Assembly: GCA_046760505.1 (NCBI GenBank)
Contig: JBHIEG010000008.1
Span: 1-64,000, forward strand
DNA length: 64,000 nucleotides
Direction of reading: 5' to 3'
Source: Candidatus Hydrothermarchaeota archaeon
GTDB lineage: Archaea > CAYFZR01
Of this stretch, positions 55,878-64,000 are shown one piece after another. Every line of letters begins with the position of its first letter. Position 1 is the stretch's first letter. The notes under the pieces are model-generated. The model did not search any database. It was not told the origin of the DNA and was given only the letters and a program-made list of their open reading frames with translations. A program made the position numbers and the translations under genes.

Positions 55878-56870
55878 ATGATATCTGATCAAGACATCAA
55901 AAACATCTGCGAACTCGTTAAGAACTACAGATCGATTTTCCTACAGCTTCCGGAAGGTTTAAAGAGGAAAGGTCCGGAAATAGCTAAAAAATTGAATGAT
56001 CTGGGGAAAGATGTTATAATCTCTGGAGATTCATGCTACGGTGCATGCGATCTGAGAATCAACGATGCAAAAATCTCAGGTGTAGATGCCATATTGCACA
56101 TAGGTCATGTAAACATGGGACTGGATTGTGAGGTGCCCGTAATCTTCTACGAATTGGATTTAAAGTTAGATACTAGAATCGCTGAATTAATTGAGAAAAA
56201 AATGAATAAGCTTGACAAAAAGAGAGTTGCGCTCATATCAAATGTTCAGCACGTTAAATCCCTTCCTCTTATTAAGAAAAAATTGGAGGATAGAGGTATT
56301 TCTGTTTATATACCAAGCGCGAGAGGACACGAAAAAATAGTATACGATGGTCAGGTTCTCGGCTGTTATTACAGGCATGTCGAGAAAATTTTGGATAGAA
56401 TAGATTGCATATTCTACGTTGGCACAGGAAACTTCCATCCGCTTGGAGTTTCTCTCTCAACTGATAAACCTGTATACTCAATCGACCCCTATACATCAAA
56501 GATTACATCTATGGATGAGTTAAAAGAAAAAATTCTGAGAAAAAGATGGGGCAGAATCGTAAGTGCGATGGATGCAAACTCATTCGGTATTATAGTGAGC
56601 AGCAAACCCGGACAATTCCGGCTTGAATACGCTAAACATATATGTGAAAGGTTGAAAAAGAAAGGAAAGGACGCATACATCATACTTATGGATGATATCA
56701 ACAACTCGAAACTAATTTTCAACTTAGATGCTTACGTGGTAGTCGCCTGTCCCAGAATCGTGATAGACGATGCCGAGACATTTAAGTATCCTGTATTAAG
56801 TCCAACAGAGCTTGAAATTTCATTAAATAACGAAAAATGGAACGAATATCGTTTTAATCATCACGAATGA
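55878..56870 (+). CDS. dph2: Diphthamide biosynthesis enzyme Dph2
   Basis: LQLPEGLK, CYGACD, GQVLGC, NFHP, KPGQ, ACPR. Confidence 0.95.
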   Translation: MISDQDIKNICELVKNYRSIFLQLPEGLKRKGPEIAKKLNDLGKDVIISGDSCYGACDLRINDAKISGVDAILHIGHVNMGLDCEVPVIFYELDLKLDTRIAELIEKKMNKLDKKRVALISNVQHVKSLPLIKKKLEDRGISVYIPSARGHEKIVYDGQVLGCYYRHVEKILDRIDCIFYVGTGNFHPLGVSLSTDKPVYSIDPYTSKITSMDELKEKILRKRWGRIVSAMDANSFGIIVSSKPGQFRLEYAKHICERLKKKGKDAYIILMDDINNSKLIFNLDAYVVVACPRIVIDDAETFKYPVLSPTELEISLNNEKWNEYRFNHHE

Positions 56871-56912
56871 TTAATTTAAAAATCGAAAAACAAAAAATTC
56901 CGGGAAGATTGC

Positions 56913-58538
56913 ATGAAGCCGATGGGATACTCAGGAAAAATTGCAAGGATAGATTTGACGAGAGAAAATGTAAAGGTCCAAGAAATAGATAGTGAAACCG
57001 CCTACAACTTTATTGGAGGAAACGGCTTTGCTGTCAAGATCCTTTATGAAGAATTAATACCAAATACAGATCCTCTTTCTCCTGAGAATTTGATTTCAAT
57101 TTTTACTGGACCTGTGAATGGAACAAGGGTGCCGATGGCAAGCAAGTATTGCCTGGCATCAAAGTCCCCTTTAACAAGCACATTCTTCGACTCATACTCC
57201 GGAGGAGACTTCGGTCCTGAATTAAAGAGAGCAGGCTATGATGGAATCTTAATAAAGGGCAGGGCAAAGGAGCCAAAAATAATTGTAATAGAAGATGAGA
57301 GCATAGAAATACTTTCAACAGACTACTGGGGTCTCGACACCTATGAAACTCAGGATTCTATTAAGAAAGATTTTGGAGATTTCAAAAGTATCTGCATCGG
57401 TATAGCGGGAGAAAACCTTGTAAAGTATGCTAATGTGGTATCAAAGAACAGATTTTTTGGAAGAGGGGGTTTGGGCTCGGTTTTTGGTTCAAAAAACCTC
57501 AAAGCAATTCTTGCAAGGGGAGACAGAGAGATTTATGTAGCCGATTACGAAGAAATATCCAGTATCAATGAAGAGTTCAAAGAAAAAATCTCGGAATTAG
57601 AAGGATTGAAAAAGTACGGAACCCCAATGCTCGTAGAGTATCTCAATGAGAGGAACTTACTTCCCACCAATAATTGGAAGAATTTCAAACTGAAAGACTT
57701 TGAAGAAATTTCTGGGGATGAATTCAAGAATTTAAAAATAAAAACTAGATCCTGCCCCATGTGTCCTATAGCCTGTGGTAAAACCGTAAAAATTGATGAA
57801 ATAATTTGTGATGGTCCAGAATATGAAACAATTTATGCATTTGGATCTTTATTGAACAATCTATCCAAAAAATCGATATTAAGCGCGAATCATCTGTGCA
57901 ACAGATATGGAATTGACACCATATCCTGTGGTGTTACCATAGCATGTTACTATGAATTCGCTGGAAAAGAGGAGCCTATTGAGGATCTAATTGAGAAAAT
58001 TGCCTTCAGAAATGAAATAGGTGATATTCTAGCAGAAGGTTCAAAGATTTTTTCGGAAAAGAAAGACTGCAGAGAATATGCAATGCAAGTTGGGGGTCTA
58101 GAGTTGCCGGGGCACTCTCCAACGCTTTTAAGCATAGCACTGGGATACCTTACATCGGTTAGAGGATCGAGTCACCACGATTTTAGACCCACGGTAGAAT
58201 ATGTGGGCTTGCTAAAAGATCTTTCTCCTGAGGAAATCGTGTTCGCAGTAAAAAGATCTCAGTATGCGGGAGCCATTAGAGATTCAATGGTTATATGTTC
58301 ATTCGCGGAAAGAGCATACGGACACTTTGTAGGAGACATCCATGCTCGCATACTGAACGCGGTAACAGGATTCTCATACAAAGCAATTGATTTGGAAAGA
58401 ATCGGCAAGAAAATATACAATCTTGAAATATCTTTTAACAGAAGAGAAAAATTGGAAGAAAAAAGCATTCCTGAAAGAATAAACGTTGATCGAGAAATTT
58501 TAAATGCGATGATAAGATACTACTACTCCAAGGACTAA
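56913..58538 (+). CDS. Aldehyde:ferredoxin oxidoreductase family (tungsten/molybdopterin) enzyme
   Basis: KSPLT, GGDFGPELK.AGYD, GRGGLGSVFGSKNLKA, CPMCPIACG, GPEYET, GIDTIS. Confidence 0.92.
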   Translation: MKPMGYSGKIARIDLTRENVKVQEIDSETAYNFIGGNGFAVKILYEELIPNTDPLSPENLISIFTGPVNGTRVPMASKYCLASKSPLTSTFFDSYSGGDFGPELKRAGYDGILIKGRAKEPKIIVIEDESIEILSTDYWGLDTYETQDSIKKDFGDFKSICIGIAGENLVKYANVVSKNRFFGRGGLGSVFGSKNLKAILARGDREIYVADYEEISSINEEFKEKISELEGLKKYGTPMLVEYLNERNLLPTNNWKNFKLKDFEEISGDEFKNLKIKTRSCPMCPIACGKTVKIDEIICDGPEYETIYAFGSLLNNLSKKSILSANHLCNRYGIDTISCGVTIACYYEFAGKEEPIEDLIEKIAFRNEIGDILAEGSKIFSEKKDCREYAMQVGGLELPGHSPTLLSIALGYLTSVRGSSHHDFRPTVEYVGLLKDLSPEEIVFAVKRSQYAGAIRDSMVICSFAERAYGHFVGDIHARILNAVTGFSYKAIDLERIGKKIYNLEISFNRREKLEEKSIPERINVDREILNAMIRYYYSKD

Positions 58539-58540
58539 CC

Positions 58541-59575
58541 ATGTCTATCCTTCACGTTGGAATTTTTGGTAGCTATAATCACGGGAAAACAACCATAGCA
58601 AAAAAACTATCCCAAAGGGAAGGCACAGCAACAGATATAGCATTTTATAGTTTCAGGATGGGAGAAAGAACTGTTGAACTGGTAGACGTCCCTGGAGATC
58701 CCGAAAAGATCCAGCCTGCTCTCCAGGTTGCAAGCATAATAGATGCTGGAATTCTTGTGATATCAGCGGTAGATGGTTTAACCGCAATGACTGGAGAACA
58801 CATACTGATATTGGATTCTCTGAACATAGATCTTGGCGTCATAGCGCTGACGAAAGTAGACCTCTGTGACTCTTCCACGCTCAAAAAATTAGAAAGGGGA
58901 ATCGAAGATATGGTCAGGGGAACTTCACTAGAAAGATTTCCCATGATAGAAACATCCACAGTAATAAACACGGGATTTGAGGAGATAAAAAACGAGTTAC
59001 TGAAAATTGAGACGCCTGAAAGAAAAGATGGGCCTTTTAAAATGCCTGTTGACCATGCTTTTGAAGTAAAAGCAAATACAGTCGCTACTGGAACAATAAA
59101 AAGGGGAAAAGTAGGTGTACACAAGACTGTTCAGGCTCTACCGCTGGAAAAAGAGATTTTTATAAGATCAATTCAATCTTACGGAGTTGAATTAAACGAG
59201 GCAAAGGCCGGTGACAGGGTTGGAATAGGTTTTAAAGAAATAAATCCCTGGGAGATTCCCAGAGGAACAGTTTTATGCGAGCCGGAATCTTTGAGCGTCT
59301 CCAAAGAAATAAAATGCAATTTGAGGGTCTTTGACTTCTATAAAGGGAGTGTAGAAAATGGTCAGAGACTCCATCTTTCCATAGGACTTCAATTTATCCC
59401 GGTCATCGTAAAATTGAAGGAAGAAATCAAGCCGGGTAAAGAAGCTGAGATTGAACTGCAAGCAGAAAAACCCGTTGTAACCGAGATAGGTGAGCCATTA
59501 TTCCTAACCAGACCTGAACTCCCATTCGGTCAGCTAAGAATTTGTGGCTATGGAAAAGTTATAGATCTAGGTTGA
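58541..59575 (+). CDS. SelB-like (aSelBL-type) translational GTPase, domains I-III only
   Basis: GSYNHGKTT, GTATDI, DVPGDPEKI, TKVD, VDHAFEVK, SIQ, GDRVG. Confidence 0.8.
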   Translation: MSILHVGIFGSYNHGKTTIAKKLSQREGTATDIAFYSFRMGERTVELVDVPGDPEKIQPALQVASIIDAGILVISAVDGLTAMTGEHILILDSLNIDLGVIALTKVDLCDSSTLKKLERGIEDMVRGTSLERFPMIETSTVINTGFEEIKNELLKIETPERKDGPFKMPVDHAFEVKANTVATGTIKRGKVGVHKTVQALPLEKEIFIRSIQSYGVELNEAKAGDRVGIGFKEINPWEIPRGTVLCEPESLSVSKEIKCNLRVFDFYKGSVENGQRLHLSIGLQFIPVIVKLKEEIKPGKEAEIELQAEKPVVTEIGEPLFLTRPELPFGQLRICGYGKVIDLG

Positions 59576-60178
59576 TTTTCTTAAATTCATTAGATTTACC
59601 TTTCTCCAAATGAAAATCAGTAATAGGGCAAACAACGCCCCGAATACAAACCATATAAATATGTTAGGTTCTATATGCCTCACTATCATGGCTTTTTCCT
59701 CCATCACTGGCGCTTTTGCTGCTCTCTCTGCTTCAATTGCGAACTGTGGCTCTATTCCATATGTAAAGCGATAATAGAGTTTCTGAAATATGTAACCAAC
59801 GAAAGATGCACTCAGTAAAAAGTAAATTGCAAATAAAGCTTGTTTCAAAAAAATTCTCGTTTTTTCTTCTCCTACGGGAGTAATAATGATGAATTTATTT
59901 GTAGGTTCATATATCTTTATTTCCCTGCCCTTCTTGCTGTATTTTATATCCTTAACCTTTATTAAACCGCTTTCCAAAAGCCTCTCTATGTTGTAGTGCA
60001 AGGTGGGCAATCCGATTTCAAGTTTCTCAGAGATCTCTGTCAGGGATAGAGGCTCCTTGCACAATAGTTCCAAGATCTTTCTTGATGTAACATTTGCAAG
60101 GGTTTGAGAGATCTTCTTTGCATTGTCATCCGTCATCGGCAGTATTACAAGTCTCTCTTCGGGTTTCTCCTCATACAT
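59567..60178 (-). CDS. ArsR-family HTH regulator with two C-terminal transmembrane segments
   Basis: LAN.TSRKILELL..PLSLTEISEKL...TLHYNIERL..SGLI...YS.KGREIKIY; hydrophobic C-terminal helices. Confidence 0.85.
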   Translation of the reverse strand: MYEEKPEERLVILPMTDDNAKKISQTLANVTSRKILELLCKEPLSLTEISEKLEIGLPTLHYNIERLLESGLIKVKDIKYSKKGREIKIYEPTNKFIIITPVGEEKTRIFLKQALFAIYFLLSASFVGYIFQKLYYRFTYGIEPQFAIEAERAAKAPVMEEKAMIVRHIEPNIFIWFVFGALFALLLIFIWRKVNLMNLRKST

Positions 60179-60317
60179 AAAAATCTAACTTAAAATGTCC
60201 TTCAAGAGATTATAAGATTTGCCATTGCTTCAATCCATTTTGAACATATAACCCAGGTATTAAAGATTACGATATCAAACAAATAATTCATATACAAGTC
60301 GAGAGATTTATTATGAG

Positions 60318-62972
60318 ATGAAAGCATTCAACATCTTCAAACATTTAACAATTATCTCACCACTATTAGGTGTAATATTCATAATTTCTTTCATCAAGAT
60401 ATATCCCGAATGGCTCTGGTTTTCTTCGGTAAACTATTCTTCTGTTTACTGGACAATCCTTTCGACGAAGTTAGCCATTGCGATTATCGTTGCCACATTT
60501 TTCTTTACTTTCATCTCGATAAACTTTTATCTTATGGATAGGGCGATGAAAAAATACGAAATCCCCGAAATAACTGACAAAAAAAGTAGCAAAATGATTT
60601 ACGCCGGAATAGGTGTTTTTAGCCTGATCGTAGGAATCATTGCCTCATCCGCTTGGAAAACTGCTCTTCTCTATTTTAATCAGGTTCCGTTCGGAGTCAG
60701 TGACCCTCTTTTTAACCGGGATATCGGCTTCTACATTTTTTCCCTCCCTTTCTACTGGTTTGCTTGGAATCTCCTCTTTTACAGCGCTGTATGCTCTCTT
60801 GCAATTGTTTTTCTGGTTCCCTTTTACAATCAGAGGATTCCTTTTGAATATCTGCCCGAACAAACCCCCGAGTTAATGGTTAATCACTACATCTTGGGGG
60901 GTCTCGTCTTTTTATTGCTGGCACTCAGATTCTACCTAAACCGTTATGAAATCCTTTATTCTACAAGCGGAGTTGTTTTTGGTGCTGGTTACACGGATGT
61001 ACATATAAAACTCCCGGTTCTAACTCTGCTCACAGTTACGTGTATATTCGGAGCAATCTGTATATTTTTGGGCTCCAGATTCAGGAGAAAAACTCTTCCA
61101 CTAATTGGAGTGTTGCCACTCCTCATTATTTTTATTCTCGGTCTCTTAATACTCCCCGGAGTCGTGCAAAAATTTAAGGTAGAGCCCAATGAACTTGCAT
61201 TGGAATCTCCCTACATCGAAAACAACATAAAGTACACAAATCTTGCTTACGGCCTTGATAAGGTTAGAGAAAAACCTTTTCCGGCGACAGCAAATCTAAC
61301 CTTAGAAGATATCGAGAAAAACAAGGGTACGATAGAAAACATAAGGCTCTGGGATCATAGACCTCTAAAGGCAACTTATGGCCAGATACAGGAAATAAGG
61401 CTCTACTACGAATTTCATGATATTGACATAGACAGATACGAAATAGACGGAAATTACAGGCAGGTTGTTCTCTCTGCAAGGGAACTCCTACCAGAGAAAT
61501 TAGATCCAAGAGCAAGAACATGGGTAAATCAGCACTCTGTTTTCACTCACGGCTACGGAGTCGTTATGAGTCCTATAAATATAGCAACCGAGGAAGGGTT
61601 ACCTGAGTTAATAATAAGAGATATTCCACCGGTCTCAAGAACAGATGACGTAAAACTCAAAAGACCTGAGATATACTACGGTGAAAGAACCGACGATTAT
61701 GTAATTGTCAGAGGAAATATCAAGGAGTTCGACTACCCCAAGGGAGAAGAAAACGTATACACTACTTATGGAGGAAAAGGCGGAGTAAAATTTGGCTCTT
61801 TCTTTAAAAAACTAGCCATGACTCTCAGATTCGGTGATTTTGAACTCTTCATAAGTGAATACATCACCCCAGAAAGCAGAATCATGTTCTACAGAAACAT
61901 CAGGGAGAGAACATCCGAGATAGCTCCGTATCTAATGTATGATCGCGACCCCTACGTTGTAATTTCGGAGGGAAAAATCTACTGGATCATAGACGCCTAT
62001 ACGGTAACAGATAGATATCCATATTCAGAGCTTAATGGAAGAATAAACTACATAAGAAACTCAGTAAAGGCCGTAATTGATGCATACAATGGTAACGTAA
62101 CATTCTACATCGTAGACACAAATGATCCCATAATAAAAACCTACTCTAGAATGTTCCCAGATACATTCAAATCCTTCGATGAAATGCCTGATGAGATTAA
62201 AAAACATATCAGGTATCCAGAAGACCTTTTCTCAATTCAAGTGGAGATGTACGGCTCATATCACATGAAAGATCCTCAGGTTTTTTACAACAAAGAAGAC
62301 ATGTGGATCATACCCAAGGAAGTATACGAAGAGAAAGCGCAAACAATGACTCCATACTACATAATCATGAAACTGCCTGAGGAAAAGAGAGAAGAGTTTT
62401 TGCTCATGATACCCTACACTCCTCTCAAGAAGGACAACATGATTGCATGGATAGGAGCCAGATGCGATCCACCTAAATACGGTGAACTGGTTTTATTCAG
62501 GTTTCCAAAGGGAGAATTGATATACGGTCCATTTCAAATTGAGGCTAGAATTGATCAAGATCCTGAGATTTCCAAGCAGATATCCCTGTGGAGTCAGAGA
62601 GGTTCTAGGGTGATAAGGGGCAATTTACTTGCTATACCCATAGAAAAATCCATCATTTATGTGGAGCCCCTGTACATAAGATCCGAAAAAGGAGAACTTC
62701 CAGAGCTTAAAAGAGTAATTCTTTCTTTCGCCATGAAGGTTGTTATGGAAGAAAACTTAGCAGAAGCCTTGAACAAGATGTTTGGAAAAAGAGTAGCCAC
62801 GAAGGAAATATCTGAAGCCTTTACAATAAAAGAAATGGTTGCAAAAGCTCTTTACCACTTTAATAAGGCTGAAGAGTACTTGAAAAAAGGCAACTGGACG
62901 GGCTACGGAGAAGAACTCGGAAAAACCAAGGAGATGCTCGCAACCTTAAACGCAACACTAGGCAAATCTTAA
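60318..62972 (+). CDS. UPF0182 family membrane protein
   Basis: WLWF, DPLF.RDIGFY.FSLP, GAGYTD, NIRLWD, YIRNSVKA.IDAY.G, RYPEDLF, YVEPLY. Confidence 0.95.
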   Translation: MKAFNIFKHLTIISPLLGVIFIISFIKIYPEWLWFSSVNYSSVYWTILSTKLAIAIIVATFFFTFISINFYLMDRAMKKYEIPEITDKKSSKMIYAGIGVFSLIVGIIASSAWKTALLYFNQVPFGVSDPLFNRDIGFYIFSLPFYWFAWNLLFYSAVCSLAIVFLVPFYNQRIPFEYLPEQTPELMVNHYILGGLVFLLLALRFYLNRYEILYSTSGVVFGAGYTDVHIKLPVLTLLTVTCIFGAICIFLGSRFRRKTLPLIGVLPLLIIFILGLLILPGVVQKFKVEPNELALESPYIENNIKYTNLAYGLDKVREKPFPATANLTLEDIEKNKGTIENIRLWDHRPLKATYGQIQEIRLYYEFHDIDIDRYEIDGNYRQVVLSARELLPEKLDPRARTWVNQHSVFTHGYGVVMSPINIATEEGLPELIIRDIPPVSRTDDVKLKRPEIYYGERTDDYVIVRGNIKEFDYPKGEENVYTTYGGKGGVKFGSFFKKLAMTLRFGDFELFISEYITPESRIMFYRNIRERTSEIAPYLMYDRDPYVVISEGKIYWIIDAYTVTDRYPYSELNGRINYIRNSVKAVIDAYNGNVTFYIVDTNDPIIKTYSRMFPDTFKSFDEMPDEIKKHIRYPEDLFSIQVEMYGSYHMKDPQVFYNKEDMWIIPKEVYEEKAQTMTPYYIIMKLPEEKREEFLLMIPYTPLKKDNMIAWIGARCDPPKYGELVLFRFPKGELIYGPFQIEARIDQDPEISKQISLWSQRGSRVIRGNLLAIPIEKSIIYVEPLYIRSEKGELPELKRVILSFAMKVVMEENLAEALNKMFGKRVATKEISEAFTIKEMVAKALYHFNKAEEYLKKGNWTGYGEELGKTKEMLATLNATLGKS

Positions 62973-63081
62973 GTATTGCAAATATAATTGTAATATACAT
63001 TTGGAAGATTATAAGTATGGCTTCCTGCCTATAGTCGTAGAGCGAGCAATATATTATCACAATAGTTTTTGGGGTGGAGAG

Positions 63082-63783
63082 ATGGTCAAGATCCAGTGGT
63101 TGGGACATGCGGGTTTTAGGATATCGAACAAAACCACGATCATCATAGATCCTTTCCTAACCGGCAATCCCAAAGCAAGAGTGAGTTTAGAAGAAATAGA
63201 CAGGGCAGACATCGTATGTGTTACACATGGACACGGAGATCATTTAGGTGATTCAATAGAAATTGCAAAAAGGCACAACTCCACGCTCGTTGGCATCTAT
63301 GAGGTAGCGGTTTTTGCAAACAAGAAGGGGATAGAGAAGGTAGAACCCATGAATATCGGGGGAACCATACGTATCGATGACATAGAAATAACCATGACGG
63401 AGGCTAAACATTCCTCTGATATAGTTGACGCAAATCTTCCGGGAGGACATTCATGCGGTTTTGTAATCACTATTGATGATTTAAGAATCTATCATGCCGG
63501 TGATACATCCCTCTTCTCTGACATGCAGCTGATTGGTGAGGTATACAAACCTGATGTAGCCCTGCTACCTATAGGAGACAGATTCACGATGGGACCGAGG
63601 GAAGCGGCAATGGCCTCGGAACTGATAAGACCGAAGGTTGTAATACCAATGCACTACAATACCTTTCCGCTGATAACACAAGATCCAGAACATTTCTCTC
63701 GCTGTGTAAAATCTTTGGTACCCGAAGTAGAGGTGGTACTACTCGCACCAGGAGAAACTTATTCCGTAAAGAAGAAAGATTAG
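63082..63783 (+). CDS. UPF0173 metal-dependent hydrolase (MBL fold)
   Basis: WLGHA, IDPFLTGNP, THGHGDH, YHAGDT, LPIGDRFTMGP, PMHYNTF; ATG 63082. Confidence 0.93.
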   Translation: MVKIQWLGHAGFRISNKTTIIIDPFLTGNPKARVSLEEIDRADIVCVTHGHGDHLGDSIEIAKRHNSTLVGIYEVAVFANKKGIEKVEPMNIGGTIRIDDIEITMTEAKHSSDIVDANLPGGHSCGFVITIDDLRIYHAGDTSLFSDMQLIGEVYKPDVALLPIGDRFTMGPREAAMASELIRPKVVIPMHYNTFPLITQDPEHFSRCVKSLVPEVEVVLLAPGETYSVKKKD

Positions 63784-63855
63784 TTTCCCTACTGATCTCT
63801 AGTTACCTATAGTTATTGCCCCGTCCTTTTATCGAAATTTCGGCATATGTTACAA

Positions 63856-64000
63856 TTAGATTATTTTTTCCAGAAGTATTTTTGGATTCTCAACTACCAC
63901 TTCATAGGCTTCCTTCTCACCCAATCCGCTTCCCATAGCTACATTCATCGCGATATCGTGATCTATTAGATCCTCCGGAGAATGAGCATCGGTGTTCACC
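63856..64000 (-). CDS. C-terminus of a PHP-domain protein (partial, runs off right edge)
   Basis: Manual translation VNTDAHSPEDLIDHDIAMNVAMGSGLGEKEAYEVVVENPKILLEKII*; NTDAH is the PHP metal motif. Confidence 0.8.
   Translation of the reverse strand, partial: VNTDAHSPEDLIDHDIAMNVAMGSGLGEKEAYEVVVENPKILLEKII

Overview
Gene-dense, AT-rich chromosomal segment of an anaerobic archaeon. A euryarchaeal-type lineage is inferred from tRNA-Gln with A1-U72, GGAGGTGA ribosome-binding sites, TATA promoters, mfnA, dph2, DUF473, UPF0146 and archaeal hpt. No mobile element, CRISPR array or rRNA was seen. Main blocks: (i) partial KaiC/RAD55 ATPase, TIGR04076 protein, radical SAM enzyme, MBL hydrolase and tRNA-Gln(CTG); (ii) a hydrogenase region with hypF, maturation protease, hypDCEA and an hdrACB-mvhDGA operon whose HdrA is atypical; (iii) a second, convergent, tightly coupled operon in which a group 3c-like [NiFe]-hydrogenase is flanked by two V4R/MetOD1-like proteins, a ferredoxin, a DUF2226-like protein and a Roadblock/LC7 protein, a candidate H2/redox-sensing signalling system and the top finding; (iv) DNA ligase, LigD-type primase-polymerase, GT3 glycogen synthase and DUF763; (v) thiC, aroAC and a trp operon split by an antisense orphan with apparent PH-PH-Ig-ubiquitin-like architecture; (vi) an unusual four-gene TPP-enzyme/HdrD-like CCG/oxoacid-oxidoreductase-gamma operon; (vii) housekeeping genes (cupin PGI, ppsA with an apparent ATT start, tatC, mfnA, hpt, dph2, AOR, SelB-like factor, UPF0182). 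All family assignments come from motif recognition by eye, not from database searches.
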